From: Candidatus Marinacidobacterales bacterium
Lineage (GTDB): Bacteria; Acidobacteriota; Vicinamibacteria; Marinacidobacterales; DATDRI01
Assembly: GCA_965219415.1 (NCBI GenBank)
Contig: CBDCNP010000002.1
Location: 384,001-448,000, forward strand
DNA: 64,000 nucleotides
Direction: 5' to 3'
Shown: positions 19,612 to 29,172 of the stretch, piece by piece
How the letters are laid out: every line of letters begins with the position of its first letter
Position numbering within the stretch: the stretch's first letter is position 1
The notes under the pieces: generated by a model
What the model was told of the DNA's origin: nothing
The model's database searches: none
What the model saw: the letters and a program-made list of their open reading frames with translations, nothing else
Position numbers and translations under genes: made by a program

Positions 19612-21116
19612 TAGTGGGGATGGCCGTGATCCGCGATCTTCGACGCGTTGAGCGACGCGAGACGGACCTGATACGCGCCCTCGCTGACGACGCGCTCGCC
19701 AGATCGGATGCCGCTCGCCACGAGAGTCCACTCGCCATCGGAGGGTCCGAGAGTGAGCACACGCCGCTCGAAGCTCTCTCCACCGACCTGCACGTACACA
19801 ACGTCGAGCGCATCCTCTTTACGCACCGCTCGTGACGGGACCGCGACTCCTTCGGCGCTGGCCGGGAGGAAGAGCCTGGCTTCGACGAGCATCCCGACTT
19901 TCAGGCTTCCATCTCGATTGCGCGCTTCGAGAAGCACCGGAAGCGTTCGCCTTTCAGGGTCGATGGCGGCGCCGACAGAGACGAGCCGGGCACCTCCGTA
20001 CACTCGTGGGCTCCCTTCCACGGTGAACGACGCGCTCGAAGCCTTGGACACGAGGGCCGCCTCCCGAGCGGGAACTTGGATTCGTAGCCAGAGCATTGCC
20101 GGATCGACGATACTGAAAAGGCGCTGGCCTGCGGCAACCCTTTCGCCCAAGGTCAGATTGCGCTCCGTCACGAGACCGTTGATGGGGGCGGTGAGCGTCA
20201 GCTCGTAACCCTCGCCGTCCACGTTGCCGACGGCTTCGAGGGCGGCGCGGCTCACTTCCAGATCGTGCCGCGCTTCGACGAGCCGTCTCTCCGGGATGGC
20301 CTCGACCGCGCTCAGTCGCTCGGCACGCTCGACTTCGCGCTCCAAGCGCTCCACCTTGGCTCGCAGCGCCGCGTAGGCGTTCTCCTCGGGGACGGGGGAC
20401 AAAACGGCGATTCGTTCTCCCGCTTCCACCCAATCACCGGGAATGGGTGCACCGAGGTTGTGCTTCGCGCGTACGAGTCCCTCGACAGGCGCCGTCACAC
20501 GGGCGACGGCGTTCGGGACAGGAACGATTTCACCGTTCGCCGATATCGACCGCTGGAGCTTGCGCTCGACCGCGGGCGCGGTGGCGAAGGGAATGATCCA
20601 CTGCTGTTCCTTCAGGAAAGAGATGCGCGCGGCGGGAGCGTCGTCCATGTTCGGGAGCTCCGCACTCGAGCCGAAGACGCGGATCTCGCCCACCGGAATC
20701 TCCTCGTCTCCTCTGGGGCTTTCCAACGTCATGGCGAGCTGGTAGGCCCCTTCCTTCGGAAGCGAAGGAGCCGGCGTGAAGATCCCGTCTCGTGCCGAAG
20801 TTTCGGCGACCGTCGTGTACTCTTTCCGATCCGGCCCGACGAAGCGAAGCGTCAGCTTGCCTCCTCTCACGGGCTGAAAGTCTTCCAGAAAGGTCAGATG
20901 GACGGCCCAGGGTCCTCCGGCTTCACCCGCCACCATAGGGGGATACTCGAAAAAGAGCTCCACGCTCTCTGTCCACAGCGTGACCGCGGCGCCGCCCCCG
21001 TGCTGGTAGTCCTCCTCCCGGTGGGTCTCACCGCTCGGCCCTGGTTCGACGCAGCTCGCAAGGCACGCCAGGAGGACGACGACAAGATGCCACGTTAATC
21101 GATACGCTGTCTTCAT
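19611..21116 (-). CDS. RND periplasmic adaptor (CzcB/CusB-like) lipoprotein; start MKTAY
   Basis: LASC lipobox, ISFLKEQQW, lipoyl-like halves, C-terminal DHGHPH. Confidence 0.9.
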   Translation of the reverse strand: MKTAYRLTWHLVVVLLACLASCVEPGPSGETHREEDYQHGGGAAVTLWTESVELFFEYPPMVAGEAGGPWAVHLTFLEDFQPVRGGKLTLRFVGPDRKEYTTVAETSARDGIFTPAPSLPKEGAYQLAMTLESPRGDEEIPVGEIRVFGSSAELPNMDDAPAARISFLKEQQWIIPFATAPAVERKLQRSISANGEIVPVPNAVARVTAPVEGLVRAKHNLGAPIPGDWVEAGERIAVLSPVPEENAYAALRAKVERLEREVERAERLSAVEAIPERRLVEARHDLEVSRAALEAVGNVDGEGYELTLTAPINGLVTERNLTLGERVAAGQRLFSIVDPAMLWLRIQVPAREAALVSKASSASFTVEGSPRVYGGARLVSVGAAIDPERRTLPVLLEARNRDGSLKVGMLVEARLFLPASAEGVAVPSRAVRKEDALDVVYVQVGGESFERRVLTLGPSDGEWTLVASGIRSGERVVSEGAYQVRLASLNASKIADHGHPH

Positions 21117-22468
21117 GGGTTCCTTTCCCCTGTCGTTGCGGCGATGGGGGATTTCTCGAATGCCGCGGGGCCCCACCCCCACGGCTCGCCCTCCGGCGAC
21201 TTCGCGCCTACTGACGGGCTGACGGCTCCACCCATCGCCCGCTCGAGGTCGTAGTAACGAATCCAGTGCTCCGACTTCAGTTGCGACTCCATGATCTGTG
21301 ATTCTCTGAACGCCTCGGCGGCATCGAGGAGCTCCAGCAGAGACATCTCGCCCTCGCTGTAGCTGACGCGCGCGATCGCAAGTAAGTCGTCGACCCCCGT
21401 CAGAAGCTGATTGCTAATCAACGCGATGCGTTCGGAGACGGAAGCATACGTCGCCAGCGACCTCCGCACGTCGTTCTCGATGGAGCGCCGGGTCAGATGG
21501 GCCCGAGCGACCGCGGCAGGTAGACCAGCCTCCGCGGCTTCGAGGTCCCCTTTCCGACTGTCGAACAACGGAAGCGGCACGTTCACTGCCAAGAAATAGC
21601 CGTCGAGCCCATCGGATTGCCGCTTGTAGCCTCCCGTCAACGTGACATCCGGCCCCGTGAAGGTCGAGAGATACCGGATGGAAGCGTTGGCCGCGGCCAT
21701 CCGCGCCTCAGCGCTTCGCATCTCCGGCCGCCGCTCGAGAGCGAGGGCGATCGCGGCCTTCTCTTCCAGTTCCCGAACGGACGGAGGTGCGTCCTGGGCC
21801 GCCGCCGTCGGGGCGATCTCCTGGAACTCTTGCTCGGGCTCTGCGGGCAGAATCAAGAACGCGAGCCTTAGACGCGCGTTCCTGAGATCGATTTCGGCCG
21901 ACGCGCCGAGGTTTTCGTAGCGCGCTCGCTCGATGCGAAGTCGTCGCGCGTCGTACCCTGATAGGTCCCCCTCTCGGAAACGCTCCCGGCCGCTATCCTC
22001 TGCCATCCGGAAAACCGTGCGGACTTCTTTGACAACGGCCTCCCGTTCCTCCGCGGCCGCGGCTTCAACGAAAGCCCGCTTCACCTCGAACGCGAGTCGT
22101 CGTCGCTCCGCATCCAGCCTGAATTTCAACGCGGCCGCCTCCTCGTCCGACGTCTCTGCTCGCGCCTCACGTCGTCCTGGCCACTCCAGCCGCTGGCTGA
22201 GGGTGAAGTAACTTTCCGAGTAGTCGAGCCCACTCTCAGACAAACCCTCGTGGCTGACTCCCGCCACCGGATTGGGATGGGTTCCGGCCTGCTTGGCGAA
22301 ACCGAGTGCCTGGTCACGCTCGGCCGCGACGACGCGCAGCTCAAGGTTGTTCGCTTCGAACATCTGTAACGCCTGCTCGAGTGTGATTCGTTGGATGGAC
22401 TCTTCCGCCGACGCGTGGGTCAGGACGGTAACAACCGCAGCCATCGCCGCAAGAACCTTCTGGGACAT
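21113..22468 (-). CDS. TolC family outer membrane efflux protein (CzcC-like)
   Basis: Signal peptide, ALERRPE, VPLPLFD and YSEGEMSLLELLDA motifs. Confidence 0.92.
   Translation of the reverse strand: MSQKVLAAMAAVVTVLTHASAEESIQRITLEQALQMFEANNLELRVVAAERDQALGFAKQAGTHPNPVAGVSHEGLSESGLDYSESYFTLSQRLEWPGRREARAETSDEEAAALKFRLDAERRRLAFEVKRAFVEAAAAEEREAVVKEVRTVFRMAEDSGRERFREGDLSGYDARRLRIERARYENLGASAEIDLRNARLRLAFLILPAEPEQEFQEIAPTAAAQDAPPSVRELEEKAAIALALERRPEMRSAEARMAAANASIRYLSTFTGPDVTLTGGYKRQSDGLDGYFLAVNVPLPLFDSRKGDLEAAEAGLPAAVARAHLTRRSIENDVRRSLATYASVSERIALISNQLLTGVDDLLAIARVSYSEGEMSLLELLDAAEAFRESQIMESQLKSEHWIRYYDLERAMGGAVSPSVGAKSPEGEPWGWGPAAFEKSPIAATTGERNP
21152..21185. repeat. REP-like hairpin inside the TolC 3' coding region
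   Basis: TTTCTCGAATGCCGCGGGGCCCCACCCCCACGGC, near-identical to 50116..50148. Confidence 0.75.
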
Positions 22469-22555
22469 GCACGTCCCTCCTATGCGGGCGTCAACCCGCG
22501 AATAATTCGAAAAAAGGAAAGTGAGGGTGCCTCTAGGAAGGCAGAGTTACTTGCC

Positions 22556-23005
22556 TCAGCAAGTGGAGGGTGGGGCGCGGACAGGCTTTCGGAAGAGAAG
22601 CGGCGGCGGGCGATAGACGTCAAATCGAGCGTCTGAGAGGGCAAGACACGTAGTCGATGAGGAAGTAAGCTGGACCTTGGACGCGAGGGCGAGGAGGGAA
22701 CTCGATGGCCGCTCGACGCGTGGCGAGTCCATCCGACCGTGCGAGATGTTCAGAGAATCGTGGTGGCTCTCGCCCTGGCTGCTGGGATCATCAGTGGACT
22801 CTTGGTTCGAGCCGTGCGGGTGGCTGTCTAGATGAGAATGAAATGTGATCCCGTAATGCGGCGGGCGCTCCCCGTGACTTTCGTAATGATCGAAGTGACC
22901 ACGATCGCCTTGATGAAGATGAGCAAGAGGAGCGGCAGCCGAGAAAAGGATCAGCGCAGCCGTCTGGAGGCTTGCGATGACAATCCTAAGGACATGGCCC
23001 TTCAC
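22556..23005 (-). CDS. His-rich exported leader protein ending in RAPP (CzcI/DUF2946-like position)
   Basis: Hydrophobic N-terminus, His cluster, C-terminal RPPPLLFRKPVRAPPSTC; 87 bp upstream of the TolC gene. Confidence 0.7.
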   Translation of the reverse strand: MKGHVLRIVIASLQTAALILFSAAAPLAHLHQGDRGHFDHYESHGERPPHYGITFHSHLDSHPHGSNQESTDDPSSQGESHHDSLNISHGRMDSPRVERPSSSLLALASKVQLTSSSTTCLALSDARFDVYRPPPLLFRKPVRAPPSTC

Positions 23006-23092
23006 AGCGCTTGATTCTCGCCGCAGCCTCGCGCGAAGTCAAGCGCTCGATGCCGAGTCGCTTTCTCGAAGATCTTGAGTCCCGCCCGCCCC

Positions 23093-23223
23093 CTAGCCCG
23101 TTTGCTCCACATAGGTATCGTAGCAGCGACGCAACTCGCTCGCCGCGGCCTCGACCTCCTCGAACCGCATCCGCGGCCAATCGTACCGCAAAAACTCTCG
23201 CAAGATACCTACCGTCTTGTCGG
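23093..23223 (-). repeat. Direct repeat copy B: current 3' end of the 23093..24256 gene
   Basis: Matches 16186..16315; identical core 23122..23193 = 16215..16286. Confidence 0.95.
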
Positions 23224-24256
23224 TGAAGACGACCGTTCCATCATCTTCAATCGATTCGATGCCGTCCCATCGATGAGAGGCACGATTCACATCGACCGCA
23301 TCGTCTTTTCGCCAGGTGGGCGGGAGATCCAAACTCACCGCTCGGTCTTTCACAACCACCGGATAGCCACCCGGCAAGCCCGCGGGGGCGGGAAGGTGCA
23401 TGTGCGTCGGCCTCTCGGGCGACTCCACAAAAGCGCGAATGGCCGAGATGAAGGTGCCGACGGTCAGGAACTGAAACTCCAGTCCGGCCGGCAATCGGTA
23501 CTCCCCTAGCAAGATCGACCGCAGATCCGAATCCGGCCCGAAGCATCGACCGTCCACTTCGACCCTCACGAGGAACGGCGGAGGTTCGGCTCGGTTTTGC
23601 GATCGAGTCAACACGTAGGGCTGGAGGGCGTGATGCGCGGCAAGCCATACTCGCACTGTCGTTGGTTCAACCGATAGCCGATCGGCGATCAAACACTGGA
23701 GCTTGGGAATGAGCTCGCAGACGTTCCCGACACCACCCGTCGGCGCCAGCCCTTGCGTTGCCAGGATCGGGTTGACGACGTCCGGGTAGGGGGCCGAAAG
23801 GATCGGCGTATCCAGCTCCGATTGTCTCCAGACTTTCATGAAACGGATCATCGGTAGCAACTGGAAGGGCAGCCACGCACCGAACCCCGCCGATCGAAGG
23901 GGGTCGGCCAAGCGTGCCTCGACATGATCTAAGACCCACCAGGACTGCAGGCTGGGGGCGGCGAGCGTCACGTCGGGTCGAAGGGCGGCAAGGGTTTCCG
24001 CGGAAACCGCGATATCGTTCAGATCGAAGTCGACCACTCGAAACGACGGGAAGAAGCCCTCGGCGGCGGCCCCCATACGAGCGAGGTGGACGGCGGGCCG
24101 AGCGCGCGACGGATTCCGCGTGGCAACGATGATCTCGCCGATTCCCGGCCGCCGAGCCAGGATCTGAAGGAGTAGGCCGTTCAGCTTTCCGAGACTCACC
24201 AACAGGATGCGACTTGTCCGCTCGCTGGTCACGTCTAGCTCAAAACTCACATTCAA
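23093..24256 (-). CDS. Uncharacterised Rossmann-fold protein (saccharopine/lactate dehydrogenase-like)
   Basis: ILLVSLGKLNG N-terminal strand-helix, YPDVVNPIL, GVGNV, HHAL and PAGLPGGYPV motifs. Confidence 0.6.
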   Translation of the reverse strand: MNVSFELDVTSERTSRILLVSLGKLNGLLLQILARRPGIGEIIVATRNPSRARPAVHLARMGAAAEGFFPSFRVVDFDLNDIAVSAETLAALRPDVTLAAPSLQSWWVLDHVEARLADPLRSAGFGAWLPFQLLPMIRFMKVWRQSELDTPILSAPYPDVVNPILATQGLAPTGGVGNVCELIPKLQCLIADRLSVEPTTVRVWLAAHHALQPYVLTRSQNRAEPPPFLVRVEVDGRCFGPDSDLRSILLGEYRLPAGLEFQFLTVGTFISAIRAFVESPERPTHMHLPAPAGLPGGYPVVVKDRAVSLDLPPTWRKDDAVDVNRASHRWDGIESIEDDGTVVFTDKTVGILREFLRYDWPRMRFEEVEAAASELRRCYDTYVEQTG

Positions 24257-25833
24257 TTCACTCTAGCCTCGGCAACGAGCGCATCCGCACCGTGGCGAGC
24301 CGCGAACACCGCCGCGGTAAGTAGCCCACATATCAAACCGAAGAGCGCGATGCCTAATAGCTGGAGCCAATCCGAAACGCCCTCAGGCTGAAATAGCACG
24401 ACAAGCGGCGTCACGATGTCGAAAGAGCCTGCCTCGGCCCTCATAGCCTTGAGGGCAGCGAGCGCCGCCGCCACCACGGTGGCACTTGTCGCACCGGCGA
24501 TACCCCCTAACAACCCTCTGATCGAAAGCTGTTTGACGGAGAGAGGCTCGAGGTGCGATGGTGCTCTGACCTCGAACTTTGGCTCACGGACTCCGAAAGG
24601 AACGAACCGCGACAGCAACACCAGCCCTGGGATCGAGCAGGGTATCGTGAACAAGAAGAACATCCTCCAACCCATCGCATCGACGAGAAAACCACTGATC
24701 GGTCCGGCGAGGAGCCGGGGCAGGCCGAAAAGGCTGGTAAACAGCGCGTACTGAGTTGCGGAAAAACGCTTCTGGGTCATGCGAAGGAGCAGAACCGAGT
24801 AGGCTCCCGTCCCCATACCGGAGGTCAGGAGCTCGAAACCGGTTGCTCCGTACATCAGCGGGCGACTCAACTCGCTCCCCGCTAGGATGAAATAGCCGAT
24901 GTTCGAGAACGCCTGAAGAAGCCCGAAGACCCATAGCGAAGGCCCCAGACCGATCACCGTGGTCACCGCACCACCGAAGAATGCGCCCACCATCGTAGCG
25001 ATGGCTCCCACTGAAGCGAGTGCCACACCTCGATCGAAAGCGTCGTACCCCATGTCGATCAGAAACGGTCGGGTCAGAGACTGAGCCAACTGATCGGCGA
25101 ACTTGTAAAAGAAAACGAATGCGAGGATCTCGAGCGCCCGGTGTCGGCTCAGAAATCCCAGGAAAGGTAACCAGACCGCATCGCGGAGCGTTCGCGGGGC
25201 AACCAATTTTTCCTCGAGCTCCGGTGCCTTCCACGTGATGACGAGCATCGGCAGATAGGCCAGTGCCAGGCCGATGTTGACGAGCGACCAGGAGTAGGCG
25301 GCCGCCAGCGTGATGCTCAGACCGCCGGCCACGAACATGGCGGCCCGGTAGACAGCGATGCGGGCGCCCACCGCCACACCCTGCTCGGCCGGACGGAGGA
25401 CGTCCACCGCGTAGGCATCGATGGCGATGTCTTGGCTCGCCGACGCGAAGGCGATGGCCAGTGCCAGAGCCCCCACGACCCAAACCGAGTCCGGTTGATC
25501 ACCCACTCCGGCCAGCATCAACGTCGTGGCAAACAACGCGACCTGCGCGATAGCCGTCCATCCTCGCCGGCGACCGAGGAACGGAGGGACGTACCGGTCC
25601 ATGAGGGGCGACCAGAGAAACTTGAAGGTCCACGGTGCTTGCGCCAGGGTGATGAGGCCCACGACACGGATATCGACACCGATATCTCGCATCCAGTCGG
25701 GAATGGCGAACCAGACGAGCCCAAGCGGCATCCCGGAAGAGAAAGAGAGAAGGGAAACGAAAAGCGTGCGTCGCGACTTCGCGGCCGCGATCAGACTGTC
25801 CCAGGTCCGGAGTCGGTGCCGGTTCTCGCTCAC
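24253..25833 (-). CDS. ampG: AmpG-like muropeptide MFS permease
   Basis: SFSSGMP, PWTFKFLWSPLMD, GRRRGW, SASQDIAIDAY and SATQYALFTS motifs. Confidence 0.88.
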   Translation of the reverse strand: MSENRHRLRTWDSLIAAAKSRRTLFVSLLSFSSGMPLGLVWFAIPDWMRDIGVDIRVVGLITLAQAPWTFKFLWSPLMDRYVPPFLGRRRGWTAIAQVALFATTLMLAGVGDQPDSVWVVGALALAIAFASASQDIAIDAYAVDVLRPAEQGVAVGARIAVYRAAMFVAGGLSITLAAAYSWSLVNIGLALAYLPMLVITWKAPELEEKLVAPRTLRDAVWLPFLGFLSRHRALEILAFVFFYKFADQLAQSLTRPFLIDMGYDAFDRGVALASVGAIATMVGAFFGGAVTTVIGLGPSLWVFGLLQAFSNIGYFILAGSELSRPLMYGATGFELLTSGMGTGAYSVLLLRMTQKRFSATQYALFTSLFGLPRLLAGPISGFLVDAMGWRMFFLFTIPCSIPGLVLLSRFVPFGVREPKFEVRAPSHLEPLSVKQLSIRGLLGGIAGATSATVVAAALAALKAMRAEAGSFDIVTPLVVLFQPEGVSDWLQLLGIALFGLICGLLTAAVFAARHGADALVAEARVN

Positions 25834-25840
25834 TAAGGAA

Positions 25841-27487
25841 TCAACTCCGGCACCGGTAGATTTCCTTCATTTGGTCGAGCTCGGATGACATCTTGGAATC
25901 GTCCCAATTCAGCTCGCCAGCCATGATGGTGGCACACGATTTCAAGCACTCGCCTCCCGGGTGCCCGGCCGAGCCAAGCTCGGTGCGTCGCATCACGACG
26001 CTGGCTAGGTCCGTCGCCTGCTCCTCCCGGATCGCATGAATCACTTCCGCTCTCAAGACAGGTGCACCTTCTTTCACGGGTTGGGCGCATGCCGGTTCTT
26101 CATCGATGTACGCCAGGATTCGTCGGTACTCCGAGCCATAGGTGTAAACGAGATGACGGACGCACTCATCGTCCAAACCATGGGGCCTTCGTTTCGTCTC
26201 CCGATCTAGGAAGTCTGAGAAACTCTCGATCGCCCCTCCAAAAACGGGAGTGCTGGCGGTGCGGCATGGCGGCGGCTCCTTCCCAAGCACCTGGAAGACC
26301 TGCGTGATCGCCTTTTCCGCCACGTCGCGCGCCGTGGTGTACTTGACGCCCACCATGCTAACGAGTCCTTCCAAGCCCTCTCGGCGGTGATCGTGAATCC
26401 GATACTGCTTGACGAGCTTGACTGGCGCGACGCCGTTGTTGTTTTTGTCCGGCGGCACCATCGGGAGGAGTCCCCGGTGTACGAGGCGGACATCCTCGCG
26501 GCGTAGTTTGCCGGCCGGATAGCCACTATTGACTTCGTCCAAGAGCTCTTGGACGTCCTCTTCCTTCGCCTCGAAGTCGTCAACATCCCCGTCATAGACG
26601 GCGTGCCTCGTACCGACCATCGACAAGCCCCGCCACGGTATGACGAATAGAATCTGATTATGCTTGCTGGTCACCCCAACCGCGACATCTTTTACGATGG
26701 GCCGGGTGACTAGATTCGTCGCCTTCGAGAAATAGAAGAATCGGGGTAGATTCGTCCCCTCCAAACCATCGAGCATGCGATCGACCCATGGACCCGCGGC
26801 GTTCAAGACGACGCGTCCTTTGATCTCGAGCTCCGTTTGTCCGATGCGATCTTTGGCCGAGATTCCTCGTACTCGGTCTCCATCGCGAAGGAAGCCGGTC
26901 GCTTCGACATAATTAGCAACGCGTGCGCCTGCCTCGTCGGCCGACAGGACGAACGATAGTGTCAAACGGTCGGAGTTATAGATCTGGGCGTCATACCAAA
27001 GCGCAGCTCCGGTCAACCCTCGTTCCTCGACGCCGGGGACCCATCGCTGGCACTCGGCGCGTGAGATGGTCCTGCCCGGAGGAAGGAATTTCTCGGAATC
27101 GAGATTTCGGTTCCGATCGAAACTCACCACGTCGTTCAAGAAGAGAGCGGCTGCCAGGATGGAACGACGGCGGAGCCCTTTGCGGTAGGTCGGCAAGAGA
27201 AACGGTAGCGGATGGACGAGATGTGGGGCTATCCGCATTAGGGTGCGTCGCTCCCGGACCGACTCGCGCATGCGGGGCAGATCGGCGTGTTGAAGATAGC
27301 GGAGGCCGCCGTGAACCGTCTTTAGGTTGTTGAAGGAAGTGGCCCCGCCGAAATCCCCCTTATCCACCAGGGCAACCGAGAGCCCCCGGAGAGCGGCATC
27401 CCATGCCGCAGCCGCTCCGTATACACCGGCCCCGACAATTACCAGATCGAACTCCTGGTTTTCGAAAGTAGCGAGGTCTCGCTGCAT
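25841..27487 (-). CDS. FAD-dependent glycerol-3-phosphate dehydrogenase/oxidase family protein
   Basis: GAGVYG, DFGGATS, HGGLRYL, GVKYTTAR and RRTELG motifs. Confidence 0.9.
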   Translation of the reverse strand: MQRDLATFENQEFDLVIVGAGVYGAAAAWDAALRGLSVALVDKGDFGGATSFNNLKTVHGGLRYLQHADLPRMRESVRERRTLMRIAPHLVHPLPFLLPTYRKGLRRRSILAAALFLNDVVSFDRNRNLDSEKFLPPGRTISRAECQRWVPGVEERGLTGAALWYDAQIYNSDRLTLSFVLSADEAGARVANYVEATGFLRDGDRVRGISAKDRIGQTELEIKGRVVLNAAGPWVDRMLDGLEGTNLPRFFYFSKATNLVTRPIVKDVAVGVTSKHNQILFVIPWRGLSMVGTRHAVYDGDVDDFEAKEEDVQELLDEVNSGYPAGKLRREDVRLVHRGLLPMVPPDKNNNGVAPVKLVKQYRIHDHRREGLEGLVSMVGVKYTTARDVAEKAITQVFQVLGKEPPPCRTASTPVFGGAIESFSDFLDRETKRRPHGLDDECVRHLVYTYGSEYRRILAYIDEEPACAQPVKEGAPVLRAEVIHAIREEQATDLASVVMRRTELGSAGHPGGECLKSCATIMAGELNWDDSKMSSELDQMKEIYRCRS

Positions 27488-27550
27488 GATTTCAGGGGCG
27501 CCTTCTTCTGATAAACAGATACTATAATAAAGTCGACACTGGGAGGTTGA

Positions 27551-28342
27551 ATGCCGTCGGAGACCGCCACAACGATCGATCCCACTTCACCGCTGGGACG
27601 AGTCCAGAAATATTGGAACGAGCGGATCCATGACCTCGAGATGACCTCCCACGAGCCCGGGAGCCGGGACTTCTTCGCCGACCTCGACGAATATCGATTC
27701 GATAAATTACGCTATCTCCCCAAGCTGGTGGATTTTTCCGGCTATAAGGGGAGGCGTCTACTCGAAGTCGGTTGCGGAATCGGAACGGACTTGGTTCGCT
27801 TCGCCAAGGGAGGAGCGCACGCGGTCGGAGTCGATTTCTCCAGTACCGCTCTAGGTCTTGCCCAGAAGAACGCCGATTGCTCGGAGGTCTCGGTCGAGCT
27901 TCACCTTGCCAACGGGGAAGATCTCCCCTTCGATGACGGCTCCTTCGACATCGTTTATGGCCACGGCGTCTTGCAGTACACGGCCAATCCCGAAAAGATG
28001 GTCGCAGAGTGCCGCAGGGTCTTGGTGCCCGACGGCCAGGCCATCTTCATGGTCTACAACCGAGTCTCTTGGTTGAATGCGCTCTCCAAACTCATGAAAG
28101 TTCCGCTCGAGCACGAGGACGCACCGGTGCTAAAAAAGTATTCGATCGGGGAGTTTCGGCGGCTATTGAGCGGCTTCGGTAGAGCCCGCATCGTTCCCGA
28201 ACGGTTTCCGGTACGCTCGCGCCTTCATGGCGGATGGAAGGGCTTCGTCTACAACAACCTCTTCGTTGGCCTCTTCCAGTTCCTCCCAAGACCCATGGTT
28301 CGGCCGTTAGGCTGGCATCTGATGGCGTTTTGTCGACGTTAG
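27551..28342 (+). CDS. Class I SAM-dependent methyltransferase
   Basis: LEVGCGIG and LPFDDGSFDIV motifs. Confidence 0.92.
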   Translation: MPSETATTIDPTSPLGRVQKYWNERIHDLEMTSHEPGSRDFFADLDEYRFDKLRYLPKLVDFSGYKGRRLLEVGCGIGTDLVRFAKGGAHAVGVDFSSTALGLAQKNADCSEVSVELHLANGEDLPFDDGSFDIVYGHGVLQYTANPEKMVAECRRVLVPDGQAIFMVYNRVSWLNALSKLMKVPLEHEDAPVLKKYSIGEFRRLLSGFGRARIVPERFPVRSRLHGGWKGFVYNNLFVGLFQFLPRPMVRPLGWHLMAFCRR

Positions 28343-28353
28343 CCTGCCCGCCG

Positions 28354-29058
28354 CTACTCCTTTACTTGGAACGACGGTCCATTTTTTATAGCGAAAGTCT
28401 GCCCGTCGAAACTCGCCTCGACCGAGTGATCCTGTCGATAGGATACGTCGTCGCCCTTGACCGTGAACCAGCGGTCGGCGGTGAGACGAACCGAGTCCCC
28501 GTCTCGAACGAACGTACCCGATCCGGCCATCGCCTCGCCTTCCGGTGTGGCCACCAAGATAAAGTGGTCGTCGGTCAGAGCCAGATATCCGTGGTCGAGA
28601 TTCACGATTTGAGCGGATCCATCGTCTACCCTCTTGAACTTCTGGATGGTGCTGGTGCCGAACGTCACGGTAAGCTCGTCGCTGGCTCGCTCTACCACCA
28701 AATCGTGTTGCCCCTCGCGATTCTCGGCGAGCGGCTTCTCAGCATCGGGGAACACTACCAGGCCCAAATCGGCAAAAAGCTTGAGAGCATCCCCGTCTAC
28801 CCGATAGGAGCCCGCGTGGGCTTGCCCCACCTGATCCTCGAGCGGCCCCGCTCCTCCGATCGCCTGTTGGACGAAGTGTCCGTCGTGAAAAAGGAAGAGA
28901 CCTACGATGGGCGTTTGCTCCTGCCCCCCGGATTGAATCGTCGTATAAGCCCAAAGACCTTGTACCATCTCTTCGACCGACTCCTCTGATTCATGTGCCA
29001 CCGTACTCACCGAGGCCAGCAGCGCCGCGAGCACTACCGTGAGACGCAATCCGTTCAT
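28354..29058 (-). CDS. Secreted beta-barrel protein with lipocalin-like domain(s)
   Basis: Signal peptide, VQGLW, AHAGSYRVDGD and a second GSGTFVRDGD unit. Confidence 0.6.
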   Translation of the reverse strand: MNGLRLTVVLAALLASVSTVAHESEESVEEMVQGLWAYTTIQSGGQEQTPIVGLFLFHDGHFVQQAIGGAGPLEDQVGQAHAGSYRVDGDALKLFADLGLVVFPDAEKPLAENREGQHDLVVERASDELTVTFGTSTIQKFKRVDDGSAQIVNLDHGYLALTDDHFILVATPEGEAMAGSGTFVRDGDSVRLTADRWFTVKGDDVSYRQDHSVEASFDGQTFAIKNGPSFQVKE

Positions 29059-29172
29059 TAGGCCTCCCTTTCGCTGCTTTCAGCGCGGACCTTAACAGCG
29101 ACGCTCCGCCGGTGTCAATCCCTTTTAAAATGCTCGTTTCGGCTATAAGATGAGCCCGGAAGAGGAGGTGTC

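Noticed and set aside
16186-23223. Composite transposon or prophage
   Set aside because: No transposase, integrase, inverted repeats or phage genes; the flanks are gene-derived direct repeats.
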